Shown here piece by piece: positions 10,797 through 21,288 of a stretch of DNA of 64,000 nt (position 1 is its first letter; every line of letters begins with the position of its first letter). The stretch is from assembly GCA_963707025.1 (NCBI GenBank), contig CAVPOM010000005.1, positions 384,001 to 448,000 on the forward strand, given 5' to 3'. Source of the DNA: an uncultured Verrucomicrobiae bacterium (lineage in GTDB: Bacteria > Verrucomicrobiota > Verrucomicrobiia > Limisphaerales > Palsa-1400). The position numbers were made by a program, and so were the translations under genes. The notes under the pieces are model-generated. The model made no database searches, had not been told where the DNA came from, and worked only from the letters and a program-made list of their open reading frames with translations.

Positions 10797-11219
10797 CTAG
10801 AGGGGCATGTTTCTGCCGGGATTCTTTTCGTCCATCATTTTGACCGCCAGCGGGATGCTGGCCAAGGGGCGTCCATCCAGGGACAAGTCAATGGAGTAAA
10901 GGCCGGCTTTGTCGAACTTCAACTGCTGGATGTTGACGACGAAATTGCGGGACATGAAAGTGGCGTCGGAGGGGAAAAGGATTTCCACGGGAACATTCAT
11001 GGCCGGCATGATGGGCTGGCCGTCCTCGTCCACGAAATTCATGGACAAATGATGCGAGCCTTCTTCGCCGCGGTCAAAGGCAATGCGCAGGGCGACGGCG
11101 CATTGGGGGTGCTGGGCGGGCAGTTGGGAGGCAAGGATGGTGTCGAAAGTGCCCAGCAAATTGAGTTTGCTGTTGTAATCGGTTGCCGCGTCGCAGAGAA
11201 CAGCCACTTGGATAGTCAT
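10797..11219 (-). CDS. Conserved hypothetical protein (DUF6941-like beta-sandwich)
   Basis: MTIQVAVLCDAATDYNSKLNLLGTFDTI...F.KAGLYSIDL; the ATG at 11219 is preferred over the upstream ORF start. Confidence 0.7.
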   Translation of the reverse strand: MTIQVAVLCDAATDYNSKLNLLGTFDTILASQLPAQHPQCAVALRIAFDRGEEGSHHLSMNFVDEDGQPIMPAMNVPVEILFPSDATFMSRNFVVNIQQLKFDKAGLYSIDLSLDGRPLASIPLAVKMMDEKNPGRNMPL

Positions 11220-11534
11220 AAGCTCAAGCAGTGTAGAATGCCGGCGGGGGAGTGGAAAAGGGAGAATTGAAAAAATGGTTGGATGAGGTTGGCCGGGCTT
11301 TTCCGTGGTTTGCCACAAGGATGGTTTGTGGAATGGACTTGGGCGGTGATGAAGGCATAGGCTCTAACGTTTGTCCATTTAAATATAGGGGGAAACTTTC
11401 TTTGTCAAAAGTGAAGCGGCCGGGGGGGGGCGTGGACGGCGGACGGAGAAACTCCGGGAGGTTTGGGGTCGGGCGCTATTTTGCGCCAACGGCGCGCCAT
11501 TTTCCAGAAAGTCCCCCGTTGGCCTGGGGAAAGT

Positions 11535-11619
11535 TGGTGCGCTTAGCAGGACTTGAACCTGCACGGCTTTCGCCACTACCACCTCAAAGTAGCGTGTCTG
11601 CCAATTCCACCATAAGCGC
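11535..11619 (-). tRNA. tRNA-Leu(GAG)
   Basis: Reverse complement reads GCGCTTATGGTGGAATTGGCAGACACGCTACTTTGAGGTGGTAGTGGCGAAAGCCGTGCAGGTTCAAGTCCTGCTAAGCGCACCA: acceptor stem, GAG anticodon, long variable arm, TTCAA T-loop and encoded CCA. Confidence 0.97.
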
Positions 11620-11741
11620 ACCCGCTCCGGGCTTATCAAAGCACGGCGCGGGGCCATTCGCAAGCGGAATTCGGAAGATGGGGAAGATTGATTTGCAAGA
11701 TTGCTGTGGATTTTTGCGGCCATCGGCCTAGAATTCCACCC

Positions 11742-13139
11742 ATGCCAGAGAAAACTTTGAGTCAGATCCCCCGGTCCTTGCGCGAGCAGTATGAAAAGGG
11801 AAAGGAGGCCCTGGACCGGCGCAATTATGATTATGCCGTTGTCATCTTCGCCGGCGTGCTGGAACAGGAGCCGGCTTTCTTCGATTGCCGCCAGCTTCTC
11901 CGTATCACCCAGCATAAAAAGGCGGAGGGCCACGGGCGGGGGTTTTTCAAAAAAATGATGAGCGGGGCCAGTTCCTCCCCCTTGTTTACCAAGGGGCAGT
12001 TCGCCTTGCGCAACGAGCCGCTGGAGGCCTTGAAGATCGCCGAACAGATTCTTAACTCCGATCCGCACAGCACGCAGGGACACAAGCTGCTGGCCGACGC
12101 GGCCATGGCGGCCGAGCTGCCCAAGACCGCGATTCTCTCCCTGGAAATCCTGGCCAAGAAATCGCCCAAGGACCAGGAGTTCCAAAAGGAACTGGGCCGC
12201 GGCTACTCCCAGGCGGGCCAAGTGGACAAAGCGGAGAAGATTTTCTCCGAGTTGGTCCGGCTCAACCCCGGCGACGCCAAGCTGCTGGAGGAGCTCAAGG
12301 ATATGTCCGCGCGCAAAACGCTGGCGGAGGGCGGTTACGACGCGCTGGCCGACGGGAAAGGTTCTTACCGCGATATCTTGAAGGACAAAGACCAGGCGGT
12401 CGCGCTGGAACAGGAGAACCGCCAGGTCAAGGACACGGACACGACACGGCGGCTGCTGGAGGAAGCCGAGGCCCGGCTGGTCCAGGAGCCCAAGAACTTG
12501 AAGCTGCTGCGCACCATTGCCGAGCTTTACACCCAGAGAAAAGAATATGGCCGGGCGCGCCAGGCCTACCACCAGATCGTGGCCACGGAAGGCCAGGCCG
12601 ATGCCAGCCTGCAAAAGGCCATTGCCGACGTGACGGTGCGGGAATTTGACCTGGCCCTGGCCGGCCTGGACGCCGCCGCGCCGGATTACGCCGCGCAATC
12701 CGCCCGGATTACGGCAGAGCGGGATAATTATATGTTGACAGAATGCAAGGAGCGGGCCGAGAAATATCCCAGCGACCTGTTCATCCGTTTTGAGCTGGGC
12801 CAGCTCTATTTTCAGGCCGGCAAAATCGGCGAAGCCATCCAGGAATTCCAAAAGGCGCAAAACAATCCCAACAAGCGGATCGCGGCCTTGAGCTGCCTGG
12901 GGCAGTGTTTTGCCCGCCGCAACATGAACGACCTCGCCGCCAAAACGCTGGAGAAGGCGCTGGCGGAGAAACTGGTTTTCGACGAGGAAAAAATGGAGAT
13001 CACTTACGAGCTGGGCCTGGTCCTGGAAAAAATGGGGAAAAAGGAGCAGGCCATCGAACAGTACAAAAAGATTTACGAAGTGGATGTCGGCTTCAAGGAC
13101 GTGGCCAGGAAGGTGGACGACTATTACGCCGGACAATGA
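11742..13139 (+). CDS. Tetratricopeptide repeat protein
   Basis: All-helical 465-aa ORF with TPR-like units (ELGQLYFQAGKIGEAIQEFQKA; YELGLVLEKMGKKEQAIEQYKKI). Confidence 0.85.
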   Translation: MPEKTLSQIPRSLREQYEKGKEALDRRNYDYAVVIFAGVLEQEPAFFDCRQLLRITQHKKAEGHGRGFFKKMMSGASSSPLFTKGQFALRNEPLEALKIAEQILNSDPHSTQGHKLLADAAMAAELPKTAILSLEILAKKSPKDQEFQKELGRGYSQAGQVDKAEKIFSELVRLNPGDAKLLEELKDMSARKTLAEGGYDALADGKGSYRDILKDKDQAVALEQENRQVKDTDTTRRLLEEAEARLVQEPKNLKLLRTIAELYTQRKEYGRARQAYHQIVATEGQADASLQKAIADVTVREFDLALAGLDAAAPDYAAQSARITAERDNYMLTECKERAEKYPSDLFIRFELGQLYFQAGKIGEAIQEFQKAQNNPNKRIAALSCLGQCFARRNMNDLAAKTLEKALAEKLVFDEEKMEITYELGLVLEKMGKKEQAIEQYKKIYEVDVGFKDVARKVDDYYAGQ

Positions 13140-13157
13140 GGGGCCGCGCCGCGCGCC

Positions 13158-14465
13158 TCAATTCCCGCCGCCGCCTCTTTTTTTGGGCTGGACGATGTAA
13201 GCGGCAAATTCGCCGCGATAATGCGGCGACAGGCGCGCCTTGAACCGCGCGGCCTGGCCGGCGTAATCGTGTTCCAGGACCTGGGCCACTTCATGCAGCC
13301 GGGCGATCACGGCGGATTGCCCGTGCGGCACGGCCAGATCCACCAATTCGCGGCTGGGCCGCAATTGCGTGCCCAGTTCGTGGATCAGCCCGCCCAGGCC
13401 TTCGCCCGTTTTGGCGGACAGGGCAACGCTGTTAGGGAACTGGTCCAAAAACTTGGCGAGCAGGCCGTTGCTCCCCTCCAGCCGGTCAATTTTGTTGAAG
13501 ACCATGATGGTCGGCTTGCCCGCCGCGCCGATTTCCGCCAGCACCGTATTGACCGCGGCGATCTGCTCCGCCGCCTGCGCGTGTCCCGCGTCCACCACAT
13601 GCACCAGCAGGTCGGCCTGCGCCACCTCCTCCAGGGTCGCCTTGAAAGCCTCCACCAGGCCGTGGGGCAATTTGCGGATGAAGCCCACCGTGTCAGTCAA
13701 AAATAAATTCTGGTTGGTGGGCAGGCGCAGACGCCGGGTGGTGGGGTCCAGCGTCGCGAACAGCTTGTCCTCCTCCAGGGCATGCGCGCCGGTCAGGGCG
13801 TTGAGGAGGGTGGATTTGCCGGCGTTGGTGTAGCCGACGATCGAGGCCATCGGCCAGGGCTGGCGCTGGCGGCCGGTGCGTTGGGTGGCGCGGTGGCGGC
13901 GCACGGCCTGGAGGTCGGCGGTCAGGCGCTCGATCCGTTCCTGCACCCGGCGGCGGTCGGTTTCCAACTGCGATTCGCCTTCGCCCCCGCGCATGCCGAT
14001 GCCGCCGCTTTGCCGGGAGAGATGGCCCCAAAAGCGGGTCAGGCGGGGCAGCAGATGTTGCAACTGGGCCAGTTCGACCTGCAATTTCCCTTCCCGCGTC
14101 CGCGCCCGTTGCGCGAAAATATCCAGGATCAGCGCCGTGCGATCCAGCACCTTGCAGCCGAAAACATTTTCCAGGTTCCGGCTTTGGGCGGGCGAAAGCT
14201 CGTCATCGAAGACCACCGTATCCACCTTGTGCTCGCGGCAATAATCGGCGAACTCCCGGGCTTTGCCGCTGCCGATGAAGGTGCCGGCGGCGGGCGCTTC
14301 CAGTTTTTGCGTGCCGGTGCCCGCCACCAAGCCGCCGGCGGTTGCGGCCAACTCGGCCAACTCCTGCATGGATTCGCGCATTTGCCAGTTTGAGCCGGAT
14401 TTGAGTTCCAGTCCGATGAGAAAAACCCGTTCGGTTCGTTTGGCAATCGAGATGAGCGCTTTCAA
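13158..14465 (-). CDS. hflX: Ribosome-splitting GTPase HflX
   Basis: DRTALILDIFAQRARTREGKLQVELAQL, GYTNAGKS, LFATLDPT, DTVGFI and NKID. Confidence 0.97.
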   Translation of the reverse strand: MKALISIAKRTERVFLIGLELKSGSNWQMRESMQELAELAATAGGLVAGTGTQKLEAPAAGTFIGSGKAREFADYCREHKVDTVVFDDELSPAQSRNLENVFGCKVLDRTALILDIFAQRARTREGKLQVELAQLQHLLPRLTRFWGHLSRQSGGIGMRGGEGESQLETDRRRVQERIERLTADLQAVRRHRATQRTGRQRQPWPMASIVGYTNAGKSTLLNALTGAHALEEDKLFATLDPTTRRLRLPTNQNLFLTDTVGFIRKLPHGLVEAFKATLEEVAQADLLVHVVDAGHAQAAEQIAAVNTVLAEIGAAGKPTIMVFNKIDRLEGSNGLLAKFLDQFPNSVALSAKTGEGLGGLIHELGTQLRPSRELVDLAVPHGQSAVIARLHEVAQVLEHDYAGQAARFKARLSPHYRGEFAAYIVQPKKRGGGGN

Positions 14466-14503
14466 TTCTTATCTTATTCCGGTCGCATCCAACGTAGCAT
14501 CTC

Positions 14504-15457
14504 TTAACTTTTGTGCAAAGGGGATAAGCAGGCGGGCAAACGCGCGGCCAGTTGTGCGGCGGCCGCTTCCGCGCTTTGCCCCTCCAGCGAAATCCAGTCC
14601 AGGCGCATCTGCCGCCGGAACCAGGTGAGCTGGCGCTTGGCGAATTGGCGCGTGCGGATTTTCACCAGCTCCTTCGTTTCAGGCAACGTCCGCCGCCCGC
14701 GCAAGTGTTCCACCACCTGCCGGTAGCCCAGGGCCTGCATGGCGGTCGGATTCCGTTCCAGCCCGCCTCCCAGCAATGATTCGGTTTCCGCCAGCAACCC
14801 TCTGGCGAACATCTCCTCCACCCGCCGCTCCATCCTCTCACGCAATTCTCCGGCCGGGCGTGTCAAACCAAAAAAGCATCCCGCTTCCCCGCCCTGCCTT
14901 CCCTGCCCTGCCACCCGCTGCCCGGAAAATGGCTTGCCCGTCAGCCGGATCACCTCCAGCGCGCGGATGACGCGGCGCGGATTCTGCCGGTCTATTCGTT
15001 GAAAAGTCACCGGATCGCTTTTCTCCAACTCCGCCAGCAATTCCGCCAGCGGCTGCGCCTCAAGCCCGGCCCGCAAGGCGGCGTCCGCCCCGGGGGCTTC
15101 CCCCAGGCCTTCCAGGAAGGCCTTGAAATAAAACCCGGTGCCGCCGCAAAAGATCGGGACATGGCCGCGCGCCTGGATTTCCGCCACGGCCGCGCCCGCC
15201 AACTGGACGAAGCGGGCCGCATCAAACCTCTCCTCCAATCCCGCCACATCAATCAGATGATGCCGCACCCGTTGCAACTCCTCCCGCCCCGGTTTGCCCG
15301 TGCCGATGTCCAATCCCCGATAAACCTGCATGGAATCCACCGAAATGATTTCGCCAGCGATGCGTTCCGCCAGCGCCAGGGCCACGGCGGATTTGCCCGC
15401 GGCCGTCGGGCCGGCCAGATAGATGGCGGACGGCGGAGGATGAATTGCTGTTGCCAT
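14504..15457 (-). CDS. miaA: tRNA dimethylallyltransferase
   Basis: GPTAAGKS, DSMQVYRGLDIGTGKP, GGTGFY and TRQFAKRQLTWFR. Confidence 0.97.
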   Translation of the reverse strand: MATAIHPPPSAIYLAGPTAAGKSAVALALAERIAGEIISVDSMQVYRGLDIGTGKPGREELQRVRHHLIDVAGLEERFDAARFVQLAGAAVAEIQARGHVPIFCGGTGFYFKAFLEGLGEAPGADAALRAGLEAQPLAELLAELEKSDPVTFQRIDRQNPRRVIRALEVIRLTGKPFSGQRVAGQGRQGGEAGCFFGLTRPAGELRERMERRVEEMFARGLLAETESLLGGGLERNPTAMQALGYRQVVEHLRGRRTLPETKELVKIRTRQFAKRQLTWFRRQMRLDWISLEGQSAEAAAAQLAARLPACLSPLHKS

Positions 15458-15460
15458 TGT

Positions 15461-16322
15461 CTATTCCCCCTTGTCGGCCGGCTTGTCCGCCAGAGCCTTG
15501 GCGTCGGCGGAATTCGCCATCCCGGCAACTTTCCCCTTGGGCAGCAGAAACAGCAGCAGCGCCCCGGCCAACAGCGTGCCCACGCTGACCAGTTGCGCCG
15601 CGTGATCCGCCCCCACACCAGGTTTGCCGGAGGATAATCGCCCCGGAAATACTCGACGAAGGAACGCAAAACGGCATAACACACCAGGTAAAGGGCAAAG
15701 ACCTGTCCGTCGAACTTCCGGCGCTTGTAAAACCACGCCAGCGCGGCGAACAACGCCAGATTCAGCAGGGAATCGTAAATTTGGGTCGGATGCACAAAAT
15801 GCGGCTGGCCGTCGTCATGCAAGTGCGACGGGTGGCCCACCGGGAATTGGATGCCCCAGGGCAAATCGGTCGGGCGGCCATAGCAACAGCCGTGCATCAG
15901 GCAACCCCAGCGGCCAAAAAACGATCCCAACGCCACGCTGGGCGCCAGGATGTCGGCCAATTTCCAGAGCGCAAGACGCTTTCGCCAGGCGAACACCGCG
16001 CAAGCGGCCGAAGCGCCGATCAGGCCCCCGTAGTAAACGACCCCGCCGTGTTGCACCATGAAGATTTCCAGCCACGGCGAGTGGCCGTGCTGACGGGCCG
16101 CCTCGGTAATGTCCGGCCAATACGAAACCACATAGACGGCGCGCGCGCCCGCCACCGCCCCGATCAACAGCCAGGTGCCGCAATCGAAGATTGCTTCCGG
16201 GTCAGCTTTTGCCGCAAGGCGCGGCGGCTGGCGTTCCACAGGCCGAACAAAAAACCAGACGCCACCAAAATGCCATACCAGGTGATGGTCAGCGGCCCCA
16301 ATTTAAAAGCAATGTCATGCAC
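15461..16322 (-). CDS. lgt: Prolipoprotein diacylglyceryl transferase, split by two frameshifts (~16200 and ~15605), probably sequencing indels
   Basis: Consecutive segments in changing frames: VHDIAFKLGPLTITWYG / GARAVYV...GGVVYYGG...GRWGCLMHGCCYG...HPTQIY...RSFVEYFRGD / AQLVSV. Confidence 0.88.
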
Positions 16323-16615
16323 CGCCGACAAAATAGAATCGCCCCGCGCAAAGAGCAAGGGGGGCCTGGGAGGCCACGGCCGGCCGACTGCTCCGGCGCC
16401 ACCGGGATTGACGCTGCTGATTCATCGGCGCACACTCTTCAGCCATGCCGCTATTTACCCTGGTTTGCGGCGGTCATGGACCGCCGCTCCAATCGTGGAA
16501 GCGCCTTTTGCCGAGGTCTCATTCTTCATATTGCATTTATTCGCTGGCGCGGAACCGGAAGTGCTGGCAGATTAAAACTGTTGCGGGCAGTCCCAAACAG
16601 TGATTCACATAGAAT

Positions 16616-17035
16616 ATGCAAACAAATACTGAGACCGAAGACGCCATCGTGCAAAAGACCCGGGAGTTGTGCGAAACCATCGTGCAGCAGCCCCAGTTTC
16701 AGAGCATCCGCCAGCGGGTGGACGCCTTCCTGGCCGATGCCGAAGCCCAGTCGCAATACCAGTGCCTGAGCGATCTGGGCCAGCAGCTTCACGATAAACA
16801 GCACCAGGGGCAGACCCTGACCAGCGCGGAAATCGCGGCCTTTGACCGGCAGCGCGACATCTTTGCCCGCAATGCGGTGGCCCGGGCTTTTGTGGAGGCG
16901 CAGGAGGAAATGCACCAGCTCCAGCAGCAGATCAGCCAATACGTGAGCAAGACCCTCGAACTGGGCGCGGTGCCCACGGCCGAAGACCTGGCCGAGGGCG
17001 GCTCCTGCGGCACCGGTTGCGGCTGTCACCACTAA
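16616..17035 (+). CDS. YlbF/YmcA (RicA/RicF-like) family regulator
   Basis: 139-aa Gln-rich helical protein with the YlbF pattern and a Cys-rich C-terminus GGSCGTGCGCHH. Confidence 0.75.
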   Translation: MQTNTETEDAIVQKTRELCETIVQQPQFQSIRQRVDAFLADAEAQSQYQCLSDLGQQLHDKQHQGQTLTSAEIAAFDRQRDIFARNAVARAFVEAQEEMHQLQQQISQYVSKTLELGAVPTAEDLAEGGSCGTGCGCHH

Positions 17036-17037
17036 TT

Positions 17038-18429
17038 TTGAGCCAGCCGGCCATCCAGGAAAAGTTCTTGCAGTCCGCCGCCCGGCACGGCTACGCTACC
17101 GCGCCGGTCAAAACAACCCGGCTGCCGCCGGGCATTCCCTACATCGTAGGCAACGAGGCGGCGGAACGGTTCAGCTTTTACGGCATGAACGCCATCCTGA
17201 CCGCGTTCATGGCCCACAACTTATTGGATGCCAACGGGAGGCCGGATCCGATGAGCAATTCAGACGCGGTGGCCTATTCCAACCTGTTTGTCGCCGCCGT
17301 TTATTTCACTCCGTTTTTGGGCGCGGTCATCTCCGACGCCTTCCTGGGAAAATTCCGAACCGTTGTCATCCTGTCCATTGTTTATTGCTTCGGTCATTTG
17401 GCGCTTTCGCTCAATGCCACCCGCCTGGGTCTGTTGGTCGGGCTGTCGCTCATAGCTCTTGGAGCCGGCGGCATCAAACCCTGCGTGTCGTCGAATGTGG
17501 GGGATCAGTTCGGGGCGTCCAATCAGCATTTGATGGCCCGTGTTTTTGGCTGGTTCTATTTCGCGGTCAATTTCGGGGCATTTTTTTCCCAATTGCTGAC
17601 TCCGGTTCTCCTGGACGACTGCGGACCGCATGTGGCGTTTGGCGTGCCTGGAATTCTGATGCTGGCGGCCACGATTATTTTCTGGCTTGGCCGTCGGAAG
17701 TTTGTCCATGTCCCCCCGAGCGGGAGCGGCATTCTCAAGGACGCCATCAGCCCGGAAGGCCGGGGCGTCATCGGCCGGTTGACTGTCCTATATATTTTCT
17801 TCGCCGTTTTTTGGTCGCTCTATTATCAAACCACCAACGCCTGGGTGTTGCAGGCGGACAAAATGGACCGGCATTGGCTGGGCCACGATTGGATCTCCTC
17901 ACAGTTGCAGGCCATCAATTCCATCCTGATTCTGGTTTTTATTCCGCTGTTCTCATACGTGATTTATCCGTGGCTCGACCGTGTTTTCAAGCTCACGCCC
18001 TTGCGGAAAATTTCCATCGGGTTTTTTGTCACCGTGCCGTCGTTTTGGATCACAGCCTGGGTGGAAGAACAAATCAGCCACGGATTGCATCCCAATATAG
18101 TCTGGCAGTTCGTGGCCTACATTTTTATCACGGCCGCGGAAATCCTGGTCTCCATTACCGGGCTGGAGTTTTCCTACACGCAGGCCCCGAGGAAAATGAA
18201 GTCATTCGTCATGGCCCTTTTTTACGGCTCTATCACGCTTGGCACTTTCTTTACCTTCCTCGTGAATAAATTCAATGCGCACGATGGCAAGCTGTACCTC
18301 GTGGGAGCGGATTACTACCTGTTTTTCACCTGGCTCATGCTGGCCGCTTCCGTCGGCTTCATTTTTGTGGCGCTAAAATTCAAATCGCGCGAGTTCCTCC
18401 AAGAAGAATCCCCCGCCGCCCCGGCCTAA
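17038..18429 (+). CDS. Proton-dependent oligopeptide transporter (POT/PTR, MFS)
   Basis: ExxERFxYYG-like motif NEAAERFSFYGM; GAGGIKPCVSSNVGDQF; GLEFSYTQAP. Confidence 0.93.
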   Translation: MSQPAIQEKFLQSAARHGYATAPVKTTRLPPGIPYIVGNEAAERFSFYGMNAILTAFMAHNLLDANGRPDPMSNSDAVAYSNLFVAAVYFTPFLGAVISDAFLGKFRTVVILSIVYCFGHLALSLNATRLGLLVGLSLIALGAGGIKPCVSSNVGDQFGASNQHLMARVFGWFYFAVNFGAFFSQLLTPVLLDDCGPHVAFGVPGILMLAATIIFWLGRRKFVHVPPSGSGILKDAISPEGRGVIGRLTVLYIFFAVFWSLYYQTTNAWVLQADKMDRHWLGHDWISSQLQAINSILILVFIPLFSYVIYPWLDRVFKLTPLRKISIGFFVTVPSFWITAWVEEQISHGLHPNIVWQFVAYIFITAAEILVSITGLEFSYTQAPRKMKSFVMALFYGSITLGTFFTFLVNKFNAHDGKLYLVGADYYLFFTWLMLAASVGFIFVALKFKSREFLQEESPAAPA

Positions 18430-18477
18430 GCGGCTCCCTTTGACTTTCGCCCGGCCTTCCTCTAACTTGGCCGCCTC

Positions 18478-19776
18478 GTGAATGTCCTGCTCCTCAAGGC
18501 CCCGGATTTCAGCGATCAATGCAACCGCCTGATCGCTTCTTCCAGCCTGTTTGATCCGGCCATCGAGCAGCGTTCCCGCGAAATCATTCAGGCCGTGCGC
18601 GAGCGCGGCGACGCCGCCATCAGCGAGTTTGCCCGGCGCTTCGACGGCGCGACGCTGGCACCGGACCAATTCGCCGTGTCGCGCTCCGAATTGATGGCCG
18701 CTTCCTTGCGCGCCGATGAAACGCTGCGCGCGGCGGTGGCGGAAGCGTCCGCCAACATCGAGGCTTTCGCCAAACGCTCCCTGCGCCGGGGCTGGACGAT
18801 GCGCAACTCGCATGGCGCCAGGGTGGGCGAAAAGTTCGATCCCTTTTTTCGCGTCGGGATTTACATCCCGGGCGGCATGGCCCCGCTGGTTTCCACGGCG
18901 CTGATGACCATTCCGCTGGCGCGCGTGGCTGGTTGCCGCCAGATCGTCGTCTGCTCGCCCTGTGATCGCACCGGGGAATTGAACCCCGCCCTGCTCTACG
19001 CCGCGCGCCGCGCCGGGGCGACGGAGATTTACCGCATCGGCGGGGTGCAGGCCATCGCCGCCCTGGCGCTGGGCACGAAAACCATCCGCCCTGTGCAGAA
19101 GATTTTCGGGCCGGGCAACGCCTATGTCGTCGCGGCCAAGCGCCTGCTTTACGGTTACGCGGCCATGGATTTGCTGCCGGGGCCCAGCGAGTTGCTCGTG
19201 CTGGCGGATGACACGGCCAAGGCCGCCTTCATCGCCGCCGATTTGCTGGCGCAGGCCGAACACGGGTCGGGGCGCGAGCGGGTCTGGCTGATGACCCCTT
19301 CGCTCGAGCTGTTGCGCGCCGTGCAAAAGGAAATCGCGCGGCAATTGCCCCGGCTGGCGCGGCGCGAACTGATTGAACGCGTCCTGCGCGACAATGGCTG
19401 GCTGATCCAGGTCGCCGGCCTCGCACAGGGGGTGGAGTTGGCCAACCGTCTCGCGCCGGAGCATCTGGAAATCATTTGCCGCCACGGCGTGGATTTGGCG
19501 GAGAGAATCACGGCGGCGGGGGCGATTTTTCTGGGGGGCGATTCGCCCACCGTGCTGGGCGATTATGTGGCCTGCCCCAGCCACACCCTGCCGGCGGGCG
19601 GGACGGGGGCTTCCTTCGCCGGCTTGACCGCGGACCAATTTCAGCGGCGCACCAGCCTGGTCGAATACAAAAAACCCGCCCTGAGAAAGGCGCTGAAAAC
19701 CGTCCAAAAATTCGCCCAATTGGAAGGATTGGACGCGCACGGACGTTCGGCCGAAATCCGTTTTCGCAAGCGATGA
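18478..19776 (+). CDS. hisD: Histidinol dehydrogenase
   Basis: GIYIPGG, GGVQAIAALA, KIFGPGNAYV, GPSE, DLLAQAEH, APEHLE and LGDYVACPSHTLP. Confidence 0.96.
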   Translation: MNVLLLKAPDFSDQCNRLIASSSLFDPAIEQRSREIIQAVRERGDAAISEFARRFDGATLAPDQFAVSRSELMAASLRADETLRAAVAEASANIEAFAKRSLRRGWTMRNSHGARVGEKFDPFFRVGIYIPGGMAPLVSTALMTIPLARVAGCRQIVVCSPCDRTGELNPALLYAARRAGATEIYRIGGVQAIAALALGTKTIRPVQKIFGPGNAYVVAAKRLLYGYAAMDLLPGPSELLVLADDTAKAAFIAADLLAQAEHGSGRERVWLMTPSLELLRAVQKEIARQLPRLARRELIERVLRDNGWLIQVAGLAQGVELANRLAPEHLEIICRHGVDLAERITAAGAIFLGGDSPTVLGDYVACPSHTLPAGGTGASFAGLTADQFQRRTSLVEYKKPALRKALKTVQKFAQLEGLDAHGRSAEIRFRKR

Positions 19777-19794
19777 TTCACCGGCCGCGCTCCC

Positions 19795-20931
19795 ATGGAC
19801 ACCCTTTCCCGCAGTCCACAATCGTATGTCCGGCCCATCGTGCGCCGGCTCCAGGCTTACGTTCCGGGCGAACAGCCGCAGTTCCAGGGCCTGGTCAAAC
19901 TCAACACCAACGAGAACCCTTATCCTCCTTCCCCCAAAGTGCTCCGCGCCATCAAGGCCGCCGTGGACGCGCGGCTGCGCCTTTATCCCAATCCGACGGC
20001 GGCGCCCTTGCGCGCGAAACTGGCGGCGTGGCACCATTGCCGGCCTGCCAACCTCATCGTGGGCAACGGCTCCGATGAATTGCTCGCCCTGGCTACTCGC
20101 GCCTTTGTCGAGCCGGAAAGCGCCTGCCCGCCCCTCCCGCGACGCCGGTTGGTGGTTCAATACTTTACGCCCAGCTACTCACTCTATCCGGTATTGGCGG
20201 ACATCGCCGGCGCGCGCCGCAATCCGGTCCGGCTCGCGGCGGATTTCGGCCTTCCGTCCACAGCCGAACTGAAGGCGGGCCGGTGGGATTTCCAGGCGGC
20301 GCTCACTTTCATCACCACGCCCAACGCGCCCAGCGGACGCGGTTACGCCACGGCGGAACTGGAGAAACTGTGCCGCGCCCAGCGCGGCGTGGTGGTTTTG
20401 GACGAAGCCTATGTGGATTTTGCCCGGGAAAATGCGCTCGCCCTGGCCTTGCGCCATCCGCACGTCCTGGTGGCCCGGACCTTTTCCAAGGCCTATTCCC
20501 TCTGCTTTCAGCGCATCGGTTATTTCGTGGGCCACCCGGACTTGATCGCCGCGCTCCAGAAAATCCGCGACAGCTACAACGTCAACGGCCTGGGCCAGAT
20601 TGCCGCGCTGGCCGCGCATTCGGACCTGCCGTACTACCGGCGCGGTTTCCAGCGCATCATCGCCACGCGCCAGCGCTTGTCAAACGAATTGACCGGGCTG
20701 GGATTCACCGTCCTGCCGAGCCAGGCCAATTTCATTTTCGCGCGCCCCCCGAAATTTCCCGCCGAAGTTTGGCTGCAAAAACTGCGCCGGCACAAAGTCC
20801 TGGTCCGCTGGTTCAATTACCCCGAAACAAAAGATTACCTCCGCATCACCATCGGCACCGATAGGGAGGCCGACGCCCTCTTGCGCGCGTCCCGATCCGT
20901 CGTGCTTACTCGCACGCAACCCACGCGATAA
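19795..20931 (+). CDS. hisC: Histidinol-phosphate aminotransferase
   Basis: KLNTNENPY, GNGSDE, PNAPSG, DEAYVDF and PLP-lysine motif RTFSKAY; lies directly downstream of hisD. Confidence 0.95.
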   Translation: MDTLSRSPQSYVRPIVRRLQAYVPGEQPQFQGLVKLNTNENPYPPSPKVLRAIKAAVDARLRLYPNPTAAPLRAKLAAWHHCRPANLIVGNGSDELLALATRAFVEPESACPPLPRRRLVVQYFTPSYSLYPVLADIAGARRNPVRLAADFGLPSTAELKAGRWDFQAALTFITTPNAPSGRGYATAELEKLCRAQRGVVVLDEAYVDFARENALALALRHPHVLVARTFSKAYSLCFQRIGYFVGHPDLIAALQKIRDSYNVNGLGQIAALAAHSDLPYYRRGFQRIIATRQRLSNELTGLGFTVLPSQANFIFARPPKFPAEVWLQKLRRHKVLVRWFNYPETKDYLRITIGTDREADALLRASRSVVLTRTQPTR

Positions 20932-20961
20932 AGCCTTGTCTCGCGGCTTGACACTGATGTT

Positions 20962-21288
20962 ATGAAGACCAAGAAACTCCGGCCGGTTCATCCCGGCGAA
21001 ATCCTGCTCCACGACTTCATGGAGCCGCTGAAGCTCACCCAATATGCGCTGGCCCAGGCCATCGCGGTGACGCCCATCCGCGTCAGCCAGATCGTGCGGG
21101 GGCAGCGTGGCATCACGGCGGACACGGCCCTGCGGCTGTCCCGCTATTTCGGCACCAGGCCAGGCTGGTGGCTGGATTTGCAGACGCATTACGACTTGGA
21201 AACGGCGGCGGACAAGCTCGAGGCCCGCATCGCCCGCGCGGTGAAGCCCTGTGCGCTGCTCTCCAAGCTTGCTGATGTCGCCTTTTAA
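20962..21288 (+). CDS. higA: HigA/VapI family antitoxin (HTH); no adjacent toxin gene
   Basis: PVHPGEILLHDFMEPL...ITADTALRLSRYFGT...WLDLQTHYDL. Confidence 0.9.
   Translation: MKTKKLRPVHPGEILLHDFMEPLKLTQYALAQAIAVTPIRVSQIVRGQRGITADTALRLSRYFGTRPGWWLDLQTHYDLETAADKLEARIARAVKPCALLSKLADVAF

Noticed and set aside
11220..11535. Genomic island integrated at tRNA-Leu
   Set aside because: No integrase and no duplicated tRNA 3' end were noticed in the window.
14465..14504. Missing hfq between miaA and hflX
   Set aside because: The miaA-hfq-hflX order is lineage-specific and many phyla lack hfq, so the absence is unremarkable.
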